Source: Thermodesulfobacteriota bacterium (GTDB lineage Bacteria; Desulfobacterota_D; UBA1144; Nemesobacterales; Nemesobacteraceae). Taken from it: 64,000 nucleotides of DNA. Position 1 is the first letter of the stretch. Every line of letters starts with the position of its first letter. The stretch spans positions 388,486 through 452,485 of the forward strand of contig OZ253668.1 in NCBI GenBank assembly GCA_965263275.1, read 5' to 3'. The position numbers and the translations under genes were made by a program. Below, in pieces: positions 8,986-19,500 of this stretch. The notes under the pieces were generated by a model. It saw only the letters and a list, made by a program, of their open reading frames with translations. It was not told the origin of the DNA and did not search any database.

Positions 8986-11900
8986 CTACTTGTTGGTAAC
9001 CCTGAATTGATCCAGTTTCGGTAGTGATTTCACTATTTTCATGGTTTCGAGACTCACCGTGATTATACGTCGAAACAGATCCAGAGGATAAGCTGCTGAG
9101 TTTACTGTTTCTTTTGCGTATAGGTTTGCGTTGTTTACAATACCGCTGTCTTTGTCAGTTCTCACACCTTGTCTTTCCATCACCCACTCAAGCGCCGGTT
9201 TTCCGTTGACCATATACTCGTAGGTTTCCAGCGGAATACCCGTCATGGTGATTTTATGATTGTAGGCCACGGTAGTTCGATCCTTATTTTTGCCGCTGCC
9301 GCCAAATTTCATTTTTTCTACCCTGAAGTTTTCGGGGTTAGGTTGCATAGAGTATGGATCACCTTCTTTGAAGTTAACGGGGTAGGGTTCTATTCTTTCG
9401 TAATCTACGTGTATATCCGCTAGTTCACGACCTGCATTGGAAAATGCCCAGAAATCCTTGGATTTTTTCACGCAAGGGATTCGCGGCAGTTGCTTGCTTA
9501 GATTATTGGCGTAACTCTTGCGGTAATCTTCTGAGTGAAACAGGCCATAGATGTAATAAAACACGTCTTCTTTGGAGATTCTTTCTTCTGGATAAGCTTT
9601 TTGAAAGTGCTCTAGACCTGTGTCACTTATCCCGTCTTTTTCAACATAATCATCTTCGGTGCGCTGGGTTTTATATAGTTCTCCATTAAGGTTTTCGGTT
9701 TTTTCATAAAGCTTGAGAGGAAAGCATTGACTGTCTCCTACCATATGTAAGTCGGGCAAATGATCTGTCATCAAAACGGAGAAACCACTTTTTTGACCGA
9801 CACTTGTCATTACAATCACTCGGTTTCTCACTTCAGGCTTCGGAAAAATACTGGGCATTTGAAAAACCCTTTTATTCATATCTCGGCTGAAGTAGGTCCA
9901 TTGCTTGAAAAACGGACGGTACATAGATGGATAAACACACTCAGCAAAATAGCAATGTTTTTTCCTTTTGATTAGATTCCATTTAAGTCCGTCTGTCCAA
10001 CTAATCTGACTTTTGTCAGTATCGATAAGATCATCAATGTTAGTTCTTGTTAGTTCTGAGGAAAATAAACGGTCAATTTCACTATTGTAAAACGAGATCA
10101 TGGATTCCATATTCCTCGTCAAAGTTTCCTTAGAACTGTTGTAACACCATGCGTCACGACTTGTTCCCAACCCAGCTGAATAATTTTCAAAAATCGTTGC
10201 TGAAGATTTGTCTTTCTTGTTTCCAATAGCAATGAATTCACCAAAACTCTTATCCCTCTGTTCAATCCAGTCGTTATGTTCGTCGGGTGTAATCGCTTTC
10301 CAGTTATTTGCTTTCTTGATACCTGAAATACTTTTGAATTCTTTTATATGTGCGAGTTTTTCTTCTCTTGAGAGGTAATTGCCAATATCGTGGTAATAGA
10401 TTCTTCCGAGTTTCTTTTTTGCGGGATTTTTAACTGCAATTGTGATCGCTATAGCTTCCCTGCTACCTTCTCCAAACACATTTCCACTTTCCTTTCGTCT
10501 CTGTTCACCCGAAGTTCTAGCATCTCCCCTCAAATTAAAAACATGGACACTACTAAATTCATCTGCAAGACATTTACGAAGACCATCCATAGACCTAGCT
10601 GTGATAAAGGTTGAGCTGCTCACATAAGCCAGAACCCCACAACTACCTAAACGATCTGATCCCCATCGAAAAGCTCTGACGAAAGAATTATAAAGTGAGT
10701 TTTTTGCTGTAGCGTCCGTATTTGCTACGTAGGTTGATCTAATACTTTTATCAAGACTTTTATACGAGACTTTTTTAAGATTGTCCCCCTCATCTCTTTG
10801 AGATCCTCTGTATGGTGGGTTTGCCATTATGACACGTATATCTTCAAGCTTTTTCTGTTTAATTCGACGATCACTGTTATTGACCAGTATTTCGCTGATC
10901 ATATCATCTTTTTCGTAAAGCTGGAACGTATCTGTAAGGCATATTCCTTCAAACGGTTCATATTTTCCCCCAGCAAGAGCATGATAAGCGGCTTCGATGT
11001 TGATTGCGGCTATATAATAGGCAAGAAGCACTATCTCGTTCGCATGGAGTTCGTTTTTGTATTTGTGCTCAAGTTCTTGCGGCTTTATTAGTCCGCTTTG
11101 CAGAAGACGAGTTATAAATGTCCCAGTACCGACAAAAGGGTCCAGTATATGAACTCCTTTACTGCCAAGGGTCTGTCCAAACTCTGATTGGAGTACATCG
11201 TTAACGGAATTAACAATGAAATCGACAATTTCAACCGGCGTGTAGACGATACCGAGTTTCTGCGTCATACCCGGAAACGCGTTTTTGAAAAACTTCTCGT
11301 AAAGCTGAATTATGATCTGTTGCTTTGCCCCATCGTTGTCAATGCCGGAAGCTCTCATTCTGACGCTCGCGTAAAATTTGTCGAGGCTCTCAGTTTCGTT
11401 ATCAAGGTTGTGCGCTTGAAGAGCATCCAAAACCCCTTGCATTGCTATTGAGACCGGGTTCTGTTGAGAAAAACTGTAACCTTCAAACAGCGCGTCGAAC
11501 ACGGGTTTTGTGATCAGATGCTGAGACAGCATCTCAATCGCGTCTGATTCGCTGATGCTTTCATTCAGGTCATCACGAACTTCTTCAAGAAATTTATCAA
11601 AGGTTTTCCTTTCTTCCGTATCCGGTTTTTTCAGAATAGCCCCAATCCGCGTAATATGGGTTTGAGCGATCTTTGCTACATCGCCCGCCCAGTCTTCCCA
11701 GTATTCCCGGGTTCCGCATTTCTGAACGATCTTTGCCAGTACGGCCTTGTTGAAATCGTCAAGCTCAAAAGACAGTTGTTCGGGTGGTGTAACAGGGACA
11801 GCGTGATTTTCCCGCTGCTCATCCCCGGATACACTGCCTGAACCGATATCGTTTCTCTTGGGGGTTTGTATGGATCTTTGCGGGAGATTTCCTACGACGG

Positions 11901-12282
11901 CGATTATTTCCATACGGTCGCTTACGTCAACTCCCAGATCAATCTTGTTGATCATTGAGTCAAACCGGTCGTCATGGGCTCGAAGAGCGTTAAGTATCTG
12001 CCAGACCGTTTTGTATTTCTCGTTGTTGTTAAGGGCTTGTGATGGAGGTATACCCGCAGGTATGCCGATAGGGAGTATGACGTACCCCATATTCTTGCCG
12101 GGAGCCCGGCGCATTACTCGGCCCACGGACTGGACTACGTCGATTTGAGATTTGCGTGGATGCATGAAAAGGATAGCGTCCAAAGCGGGCACATCCACGC
12201 CTTCGGAAAGACATCTGGCATTGCTCAGAATACGGCATGTATTTTGGTCCACCCCCCCCCCGATTTTTCGGCGCTCAGCCAA
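8986..12282 (-). CDS. Type ISP restriction-modification enzyme, C-terminal fragment (helicase C-lobe, gamma-class N6-adenine methyltransferase, target recognition domain)
   Basis: Helicase motif VI (QSVGRVMRR), methyltransferase motif I (DPFVGTGTF) followed by motif IV (IMANPPYRG), and a long C-terminal TRD-like region. Contiguous with the upstream fragment after a +1/-2 shift at 12252-12261. Confidence 0.75.
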   Translation of the reverse strand: MAERRKIGGGVDQNTCRILSNARCLSEGVDVPALDAILFMHPRKSQIDVVQSVGRVMRRAPGKNMGYVILPIGIPAGIPPSQALNNNEKYKTVWQILNALRAHDDRFDSMINKIDLGVDVSDRMEIIAVVGNLPQRSIQTPKRNDIGSGSVSGDEQRENHAVPVTPPEQLSFELDDFNKAVLAKIVQKCGTREYWEDWAGDVAKIAQTHITRIGAILKKPDTEERKTFDKFLEEVRDDLNESISESDAIEMLSQHLITKPVFDALFEGYSFSQQNPVSIAMQGVLDALQAHNLDNETESLDKFYASVRMRASGIDNDGAKQQIIIQLYEKFFKNAFPGMTQKLGIVYTPVEIVDFIVNSVNDVLQSEFGQTLGSKGVHILDPFVGTGTFITRLLQSGLIKPQELEHKYKNELHANEIVLLAYYIAAINIEAAYHALAGGKYEPFEGICLTDTFQLYEKDDMISEILVNNSDRRIKQKKLEDIRVIMANPPYRGSQRDEGDNLKKVSYKSLDKSIRSTYVANTDATAKNSLYNSFVRAFRWGSDRLGSCGVLAYVSSSTFITARSMDGLRKCLADEFSSVHVFNLRGDARTSGEQRRKESGNVFGEGSREAIAITIAVKNPAKKKLGRIYYHDIGNYLSREEKLAHIKEFKSISGIKKANNWKAITPDEHNDWIEQRDKSFGEFIAIGNKKDKSSATIFENYSAGLGTSRDAWCYNSSKETLTRNMESMISFYNSEIDRLFSSELTRTNIDDLIDTDKSQISWTDGLKWNLIKRKKHCYFAECVYPSMYRPFFKQWTYFSRDMNKRVFQMPSIFPKPEVRNRVIVMTSVGQKSGFSVLMTDHLPDLHMVGDSQCFPLKLYEKTENLNGELYKTQRTEDDYVEKDGISDTGLEHFQKAYPEERISKEDVFYYIYGLFHSEDYRKSYANNLSKQLPRIPCVKKSKDFWAFSNAGRELADIHVDYERIEPYPVNFKEGDPYSMQPNPENFRVEKMKFGGSGKNKDRTTVAYNHKITMTGIPLETYEYMVNGKPALEWVMERQGVRTDKDSGIVNNANLYAKETVNSAAYPLDLFRRIITVSLETMKIVKSLPKLDQFRVTNK

Positions 12283-13874
12283 TCAAGAAGCCTTCCGCGC
12301 TCCTTCGCGTTAAAGGTTCCGTCCACGTGCTCTACCTCGCATCTGAGCGTCGCGCCATTTCCCTGTTTCTGTTCTTCCAGATATTCTGAAACCACCTCGG
12401 CAAATTCTTTTTTGATTAGTTCTGAGCTTTTTATGCTTTTACAGAACGCAACGGCTTGGCTCATAGGTTCTGTGTCGGCGAGCAGATCTTCTTTGAGGTC
12501 GAGCTTGGCCAGAGCCCGATAGCACCCGATGATTTTCGTTACGTCATCCAGAACGAGCTGGGAATCGGTGTCGGTCAGGCGTTTCTGTACGCTTTCGCTT
12601 ACCACCCCTTCGTCCATGGCCAGCACGATAACCTTATAATCGGTGAGGAGGTTATTCTCCACCGCGTATGAAAAGCTGACTTCGTGGAACGTTTCTCCGT
12701 AGAGTTCGGGGTCGTCCATGGAGCATAGGACCGCATCCGCTTCTTTGGCCTTTGTTTTTACCGAGTCGTGGAAAATACGGGGCGTAGCGGTCATGTAGAG
12801 GCGCTTTTTTCCTTTTATGAAATCCTGATAGTGAACCTTGACGAAATTGGATTCATCTTTATTGGCCAAAGTAGCACCGGTGGTGCGATGCGCTTCGTCA
12901 CAGACAATCAGATCAAACTCGGGGAGTCCGTAGTCCGCCTGCGCTTTGAAAATAACCTGTATTGAATGATAGGTAGAGAAAACAACGTTCATCCTGTCCT
13001 CGCTGCAAGCACGGGAAAATTCCTCTCCAAGTTTTTCTGCGTTGGTTGTGGCAGGATACGCAAGATCGTGAATGTTTATATCCGACAGGTCGTCTCTGGC
13101 TTTGCGTTTTCCGACATGAACATCGGAGCAGACGGCAAAAGACCTCAACTCCAGTTCCGCGTCATGGGTCCACTTGCGGATTGTCTGGGACATGAGGGAA
13201 AGCGAGGGGACAAGATATAAAACGCACCCGCCTTTTCCGACTATCTGCTCGGCAATCCTGAGGCTTGTCAGGGTTTTCCCCGTGCCGCACGCCATAAGCA
13301 GCTTGCCGCGGTCAGTTTCCCCGAATTTTTTTTCCACGGCCTTCAAGGCTTCCCGCTGATGCTTGTAAAGATGCTTTCCCTCCAGCAGCTTAATCTTGTT
13401 GTCTCTCGCGTATGTTTCCCAGTCTAACGGACTCAGCTCAAGGTCTCTCAGAGACAAACGTGTAACAGGAACAGTCTGGCCTTTGAGTGCATCCTCTGCA
13501 TGGTTGCTCCACTCAACTGCGGTCGAGTCGACAATAAGACGCATCTTAAAAGACTTCTTCCCCGAAGCAGTAAAAAAAGAGTCAATATCTTTTTTCTGTA
13601 TCTTGTAATTCTCTTGGTAGAACTTGCACTGAATGGCGCAGTGGCCTTCCTCACGGGCAAGCTTCGCGACAAGATCAATCCCAGTGTCGGTTTCATTCAG
13701 ATCTTGTGATCGTGCCCATCCTGCGTATGTCCATACCTGACTGAACAGGTCTGTGTACAAGGGATCGTTCTCAAGAAAATTCTTTACCAGGAGTTCAAAA
13801 TATTCTCCCTTCTCACGCTCTGTTCTGGAGTTTTTGCGATATCTGTCAAGAAGTTTCTGCAGTGCAGAGATCAT
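12225..13874 (-). CDS. Type ISP restriction-modification enzyme, N-terminal fragment (Mrr-like nuclease plus SF2 helicase N-lobe)
   Basis: The Mrr catalytic-like N-terminus (GEYFELLVKNFLEN, GIDLVA, CKFY) is followed by a helicase Walker A (CGTGKT) and DEAH box (VCDEAH). The frame terminates just after the G10 tract. Confidence 0.75.
   Translation of the reverse strand: MISALQKLLDRYRKNSRTEREKGEYFELLVKNFLENDPLYTDLFSQVWTYAGWARSQDLNETDTGIDLVAKLAREEGHCAIQCKFYQENYKIQKKDIDSFFTASGKKSFKMRLIVDSTAVEWSNHAEDALKGQTVPVTRLSLRDLELSPLDWETYARDNKIKLLEGKHLYKHQREALKAVEKKFGETDRGKLLMACGTGKTLTSLRIAEQIVGKGGCVLYLVPSLSLMSQTIRKWTHDAELELRSFAVCSDVHVGKRKARDDLSDINIHDLAYPATTNAEKLGEEFSRACSEDRMNVVFSTYHSIQVIFKAQADYGLPEFDLIVCDEAHRTTGATLANKDESNFVKVHYQDFIKGKKRLYMTATPRIFHDSVKTKAKEADAVLCSMDDPELYGETFHEVSFSYAVENNLLTDYKVIVLAMDEGVVSESVQKRLTDTDSQLVLDDVTKIIGCYRALAKLDLKEDLLADTEPMSQAVAFCKSIKSSELIKKEFAEVVSEYLEEQKQGNGATLRCEVEHVDGTFNAKERGRLLDWLSAEKSGGGWTKIHAVF
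12252..12261. repeat. C10 (coding strand G10) homopolymer tract at the frameshift point of the Type ISP RM gene; candidate phase-variation switch
   Basis: Ten consecutive C on the plus strand. The two RM ORFs overlap exactly here (12225-12282). A tract of 8 or 11 would fuse the frames. Confidence 0.8.
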
Positions 13875-14090
13875 AGCCTAACCTGTAAAGTTCAACAGTT
13901 TTGAAAGTATCCTCCAGTTTCTTGTTTCGCAAGAAACTGCCCGGAAGGATGTTCGTTTTTCTGCTACTTCTCTGAATAATTTTACCAGACCACGTATTGA
14001 TTGTCTTATTCATCAGAAGAGAACCCAAAAACAGGACAGCGTCTTAAGTGTATTCCTGCAGTAGAGTAAAACCAGATACTCGAGGTTCAT

Positions 14091-14780
14091 TATGAGACGT
14101 AAAAGGCGTAATCATTCACCGGGGTTCAAGGCTAAGATAGCCCCGGCGGCAATCAGAGAAGACAAAACGGTTGCTGGGCTTGCCCGGCAGTATGATGTGC
14201 AGCCCAACCAGATTGCCGAGTGGAAGAAACAGTTGTTGGAGGGTGCCGAGAGTGTCTACTAGAGCGCCCGGGATAAAAAGGGTTCAGAACAGGCTCATAA
14301 GAGCGGGCGCGAAGAAAAAAGCTTGTGGATCACAATCACGATCTGAGCGTGGTAAGACAGTGCAAGCTGTTGGAGGTAAACCGCTCAAGTGTCTATTATT
14401 GTCCCAAGGTGTTATCGCGGGAGAATGGGAAACTGATGAGGCTTATCGATGAGATATATCTTGAGTACCCATTCAAGGGTCCCCGAAGGTTGCGGGACGT
14501 GCTTTTGGCAAGGCATGGCATCTGCGTGAATCGTAAGCGGGTGGCCAGGTTATACGGCTGCTGGGGCTTGCGGCATTACATCCCGGGCCCAAGACAACCC
14601 ACAGAGGGAAGGGACATAAGATATATCCTTATCTGCTTGGAGGAATGGACATAGAGCGTGTAAACCAGGTGTGGGCAACTGATGTGACCTTATATTCCTA
14701 TGTCCAGGGGGTTTGTGTACTTAGTGGCTGTCATGGACTGGCACTCAAGGAAGGTGCTGAGCTGGAGGGTGTCGAACACT
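14091..14780 (+). pseudogene. IS3-family transposase remnant (OrfA HTH fragment plus frameshifted OrfB N-terminus)
   Basis: 14091-14270 encodes MRRKRRNHSPGFKAKIAPAAIREDKTVAGLARQYDVQPNQIAEWKK (IS3 OrfA). 14325-14654 encodes the OrfB N-terminus. The integrase core (IERVNQVWATDVT...) then continues in another frame and stops. Confidence 0.7.
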
Positions 14781-15144
14781 AGGGTGTGAAGATTGCGAGC
14801 AACTAGTTGTTCTTCTGGTGAAAAACAGAGTCGGAGGTTAGGCACAAGCCACATGATCTAGTTGAAATTGAAGATCCTTGCGTACTTTAGCTGAACCGAT
14901 GGATTGAACACTTATTTAGGTTCCCAAGGTTGCTTGTCCTTCTCCGGTTTTTGGGGTCCACTTCTTAGCTTCTACTGTTGCTCTATTCAGTAAAACTGAT
15001 CCATCTATTAACTAGTCGGTAATTATCAAATTGAAAGAATCAGAATGTATAAACCTGCAGTGGTTAGTGCAGTGACTATACTTGATCTGCGACTGTAAAG
15101 AATTGCCCTGAACACGTTACTCAATTCCGGTCTTAGAATTAATT

Positions 15145-16338
15145 GTGTTTTTGCGGTTGCTTTATCATACCGATTTAGTATCTTATTGTCTCATGATAGA
15201 CCATAACCATTTCGCAAATGAGCTTCTTCGTATCATTCAGGGGGCTTTACGTCTCGATATTGATAAAGTTAGGAATTATACTGATTTCTTGGCCGACAAT
15301 CTTGAGAAGGAGGGGGAAGAAACCTTGGCCAAGCGTTTGCGAAAACTGCTTGAGGAATCTGACCGCCAAATTCGTCCAACCGATGCTGAATTTGCAAATT
15401 TTCCTCCGGTAGACGGCGAAAGCCGATTTCACTTGGTTGAACTTGTTGATTGCCCAAAAGAACCTCCGCTTATACTGGCAGATGAACAGTGGGAAATTGT
15501 GCATGAATTTGCCAGCGTAGCCAAGAGCTATGCGCAAATTGACAATCGGGGTTACGATGCTTCTCTCAGCCTTGTTGTGCATGGGTCTCCCGGAACGGGT
15601 AAAAACCGACTTGTCCGATACTTGGCGCGAGAACTCGGCCTCGATCTGTACATCGCGCGCCTTGACGGTTTGATTTCTTCTTACCTTGGGAGCACAGCGA
15701 AGAATATCCGCGCTATTTTTGAATTCGCAGCTAAGCGTCCATGTGTGCTTTTTCTGGATGAGTTTGATGCAATCGCGAAGTTGAGAGGGGACTCTCAGGA
15801 ACTTGGTGAGTTGAAGCGAGTCGTAAACAGCTTTATCCAGAACCTCGATACTATCGGACGACAATCAATTGTTGTGGCAGCTACCAATCACGAGGAACTT
15901 CTGGATGCGGCAATCTGGAGGCGTTTTAGCTACAGGATTGAACTAACTCTTCCAGACGAGCAGATGCGCCACCGTATGTGGGTAAATTTCAGCCGACCTA
16001 TTGAATTCACGAAACGTGAACTGGAACTGCTTGTTGATTTGTCAGATGGATTCTCCGGTTCTGACATCCACGATGTGTGTGTTCGGTTAAACAGGTACGG
16101 GTTAAGTTCCAATAAACCTCCAAGCTTCAATAGAGCCTTTTTAACTATACAGAACATGTCAATAGGGGAAGTGACGAAGAACCGGATCGCGTCGCAGACA
16201 CGTGGAGTCAAGCCCGAAGAAGCGGCGTATATACTGAGAACCAGAAATCCACGATTGTACACCCTCTCGGCATTAGCGCATATCCTGGGTGTTTCAAAGG
16301 CAAAAGTGCATCGCTGGACATTAAAAAGGAGAAGTTAG
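15145..16338 (+). CDS. Classical-clade AAA+ ATPase (IetA-like); GTG start at 15145, or ATG at 15193
   Basis: Walker A GSPGTGKNRL, Walker B VLFLDEFD, and SRH/arginine finger ATNHEELLDAAIWRRF. The stop lies 2 nt before the S8 gene start. Confidence 0.75.
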   Translation: MFLRLLYHTDLVSYCLMIDHNHFANELLRIIQGALRLDIDKVRNYTDFLADNLEKEGEETLAKRLRKLLEESDRQIRPTDAEFANFPPVDGESRFHLVELVDCPKEPPLILADEQWEIVHEFASVAKSYAQIDNRGYDASLSLVVHGSPGTGKNRLVRYLARELGLDLYIARLDGLISSYLGSTAKNIRAIFEFAAKRPCVLFLDEFDAIAKLRGDSQELGELKRVVNSFIQNLDTIGRQSIVVAATNHEELLDAAIWRRFSYRIELTLPDEQMRHRMWVNFSRPIEFTKRELELLVDLSDGFSGSDIHDVCVRLNRYGLSSNKPPSFNRAFLTIQNMSIGEVTKNRIASQTRGVKPEEAAYILRTRNPRLYTLSALAHILGVSKAKVHRWTLKRRS

Positions 16339-16340
16339 AC

Positions 16341-18656
16341 ATGAATGAGAAACTGCTGCCTATAAAACTCATTATGCCCAAGCAGGGAAGTGAACGACGC
16401 ATACCGGGTGGTCGCGGCCCTAAAAAGCCATTTCGTCCGATTGATTCCACCTACAGGAACCGATTGTCCAATCAGATTAGGGCAATCCGTAAAAGTTTGC
16501 CAAAACAAATTAAAAATGTCGGTGCTGCTCCTGTCCGGGTTTCTCTGATTCCCCAAGCTATAGCTAAGACACACCGTCCCGAAAAACTGTTTTCAGAGAG
16601 CACCTGTCCGATCATTGGCGCGGGTGGTCTTGGAGAATTGTTTATTAAGGCAACGCCTGCCGGACTTGATGAGTTGGACAACATTGTAGAGGAAGGCGAT
16701 TCTGATCAACTTGTTAAGGAGCTATCTTCTGTGCAGAGCATTGAACCCGTTACTCCGAATTCTCGTCTTGGAAACACATCCACGAGGGAGTTGCTACAAA
16801 ACAGTCCACGCGGAGAAAACGGGTTTATAGTGCGAGTTCGTCTGTTTGATTTTGGCCGAGATGGGGACCAGGAAAAGTTAATGGCTGATTTTAAGCAGAC
16901 ATGTAGAAAACGCCGTATTGCAATTACCCAAGACGGTTATTCTTTAAATAGCTTCATCTACGCGGCTGAATGCAGAAATACAAACGATGTTAAGAGTATT
17001 GCTGATGTAGTGGGAGTTCGTTCAATTCACTATATGCCGTTGATTCAAACCGTACGTCCTAATATCTCCAATACTGAGAAGTTACCTCTTCTAATCGACC
17101 GTACCGAATACTCTGAAGATGTCCCGGTGGTAGTGGTAGTTGACAGTGGGATTTCAGATGAATTGCCTGTATTGGAAAGCTGGGTGCTTGGTCGCGAATC
17201 ATCTGTAGCGCCACCGTATCAAAATACTGACCACGGAACATTTGTTGCCAGTTTGATTTGTTGGGGTCATATACTGAATCCGACTTTAAAGGGACTAAAT
17301 TCTGACCCATGTGGGGTTTTTGACCTGCAAATCATTCCGAACAGCGACCCTGAAAAAGGAGACGTGGAGTCTTTACTCGAATCTGAGTTTTTATGGTCTC
17401 TGGAGAAATCGCTCAAACAGTGGGCGAACAAATACAAAGTATGGAATTTGTCACTTAACACGGATGCAGTTTGTTTGATTGACGAATTCTCGCCACTTGC
17501 GGAAGAACTTGATAATCTGCAGGAAAAGTATCAGGTATCGTTCGTTATCAGCGCGGGAAACTATATATCTCGACCACTTCTGGATTACCCTAGAACTCAG
17601 GAACAGGAAGAAAAGGGCCGTATAACTTCGCCAGCTGATAGCGTGCTTGGCATAACTGTTGGTGCCATCTCCCATGTTGATCACAAGAAATCGGGGGTGA
17701 TTAAAAACCATCCCTCTGCGTTTTCCCGTAACGGTAGTGGGCCAAACTATGTGATTAAACCCGATCTTGTTCATTACGGAGGGGCGTGTTCCACTGACCT
17801 GTCGCACATAGCCGGGATTCATTCAATTAATGGCAGGAAATCTGTCGAAGTTTTCGGAACCAGTTTTTCGGCTCCGCTCGTATCGCGAACATTGGCACAG
17901 ATATATCATTATGTAACTCCTTCTCCTTCTCCGGTGTTGGCAAGAGCTCTGCTTACACATCACTCGCGCGATCCGCGAACGGATGACCGAGTTCCTGACG
18001 GGGAGGAAAAATGCTTCGGATTCGGCCGGCCCGCGCCGGTTCCGTACTGTCTAGAGTGCATGCCATATTCGTCAACGCTTGTATTTGAAGATGTGCTCCG
18101 CCCAGGCTACTTTCTTGAATGGAACAATTTTCCCTATCCGCCATCTCTGAAGCGCGACGGTCGTTATTATGGCGAAATATGGATGACTGTAGCTTTTGTG
18201 CCAGCGAGAGGGGCCCGCTGGGGGACCGAATATTGCGAAACTCATATTGATGCAAGTCTTGGAGTTTATTACGAACAAGTTTCACGCGAAACTGGAGAAG
18301 TCAAAACAAAATTCCGTGGACTGGTACCACCTGAGCACAAAAACCCAGGCCTTCTTTATGAGTCGTCTCAAGTTGCTCAGTTACGCAAGTGGGCGCCTGT
18401 TCGAACCTACCATGGCAAAATGGGTGATAAAGGCGAAAGAGGGTTGCAATGGAGACTAAAGCTAAGGTTGTTGACGCGTCACGGTATAGATAACGAGGAA
18501 ACTTTCAAACCCCAGCCGTTTTCTTTGATCATAACTGTTGCGGACCCACAGAAAAAGGCCCCTGTCTATGATGAAATGTCTCGAATGGTACGGAATCGTT
18601 TTCAATCTGAGAATCTTACAATCAGAGTTCCTGCGCGTATTAGAGCGCGAGGGTAA
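16341..18656 (+). CDS. Subtilisin-like S8 serine peptidase with long N- and C-terminal extensions (IetS-like)
   Basis: Catalytic triad motifs VVVVDSGI (Asp), DHGTFVASLI (His), oxyanion ISAGN and GTSFSAPLVS (Ser). AGGAG RBS 8 nt upstream; tightly coupled to the AAA gene. Confidence 0.8.
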   Translation: MNEKLLPIKLIMPKQGSERRIPGGRGPKKPFRPIDSTYRNRLSNQIRAIRKSLPKQIKNVGAAPVRVSLIPQAIAKTHRPEKLFSESTCPIIGAGGLGELFIKATPAGLDELDNIVEEGDSDQLVKELSSVQSIEPVTPNSRLGNTSTRELLQNSPRGENGFIVRVRLFDFGRDGDQEKLMADFKQTCRKRRIAITQDGYSLNSFIYAAECRNTNDVKSIADVVGVRSIHYMPLIQTVRPNISNTEKLPLLIDRTEYSEDVPVVVVVDSGISDELPVLESWVLGRESSVAPPYQNTDHGTFVASLICWGHILNPTLKGLNSDPCGVFDLQIIPNSDPEKGDVESLLESEFLWSLEKSLKQWANKYKVWNLSLNTDAVCLIDEFSPLAEELDNLQEKYQVSFVISAGNYISRPLLDYPRTQEQEEKGRITSPADSVLGITVGAISHVDHKKSGVIKNHPSAFSRNGSGPNYVIKPDLVHYGGACSTDLSHIAGIHSINGRKSVEVFGTSFSAPLVSRTLAQIYHYVTPSPSPVLARALLTHHSRDPRTDDRVPDGEEKCFGFGRPAPVPYCLECMPYSSTLVFEDVLRPGYFLEWNNFPYPPSLKRDGRYYGEIWMTVAFVPARGARWGTEYCETHIDASLGVYYEQVSRETGEVKTKFRGLVPPEHKNPGLLYESSQVAQLRKWAPVRTYHGKMGDKGERGLQWRLKLRLLTRHGIDNEETFKPQPFSLIITVADPQKKAPVYDEMSRMVRNRFQSENLTIRVPARIRARG

Positions 18657-18888
18657 GGATGAGATTACTGCGTAGCAAGATGGACTGTCTAAGAGAGCTA
18701 GGAAAAGTTAAGAAGGATATTGGCTTTGAACCTATCAAATAATCTTATGGCGATATTCTTGGACGGACCCCAGGTTGGCTCAGCGGGGGGTTTTGTAACG
18801 TTATTGATTCTTTAGCAGACGAAAAAAGTTCTAGCGAAGTTTATTTGATTGAATTTATGAATTTGGAAATTCCGCGGGAAGTAAGCAT

Positions 18889-19500
18889 ATGGAAATCAGC
18901 CTTAATTTTACTAACTATAAACCAGGATTTTTAATTTGTACGATTGGAATACTCTGGCTTCTTTGTTATTGGGCATTGTCCTTTCTTTGGCAGCATGGGG
19001 TTTTTCAAGGAATTGCTCCAACTCTGCTTGTCGCATCTTTCTTGGGATTTTATGACAAGCTGTTATGGAAATTCCCTGTGTTTAGTCTTCTTGTAAAAGT
19101 CCCTGATTTAAACGGAGAGTATGAAGGTACAGTTGAATATCACTGGGACGATAAAAACCAAAACAAAACCTGTAATCTCCAAATTCGACAGACGGCTTCT
19201 TTCATTAAAGTAAAGTGTTCTTTTCAAAAAGAAGGGGAGAACGAGACTTCATCTGAAAGCAAGAAAGCTTTTTTTGATACTGATGAGGTAGGCGGCTGCT
19301 CCCTCTATTTTTACTATCAGAATAGAGGTTCTTGCAAGGATGGCGATACGTTGGACCAGCATGATGGAATGACAATTCTTCAGGTGATCGAGGAGGGTAA
19401 AGATATAAAACTAGAAGGTTCTTATTTTACGAATCGCAACCCACAGACAAAGGGGCGAATTAAAGTTTCAAAAATCATTTTACCGGAGGTAAACAAATGA
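18889..19500 (+). CDS. CBASS effector candidate: two N-terminal TM helices plus a ~110-aa C-terminal domain (Cap15-like)
   Basis: Two hydrophobic helices (LICTIGILWLLCYWALSFLW; IAPTLLVASFLGFYDKLLW) followed by a soluble domain. The stop overlaps the cyclase start (ATGA). Confidence 0.5.
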   Translation: MEISLNFTNYKPGFLICTIGILWLLCYWALSFLWQHGVFQGIAPTLLVASFLGFYDKLLWKFPVFSLLVKVPDLNGEYEGTVEYHWDDKNQNKTCNLQIRQTASFIKVKCSFQKEGENETSSESKKAFFDTDEVGGCSLYFYYQNRGSCKDGDTLDQHDGMTILQVIEEGKDIKLEGSYFTNRNPQTKGRIKVSKIILPEVNK

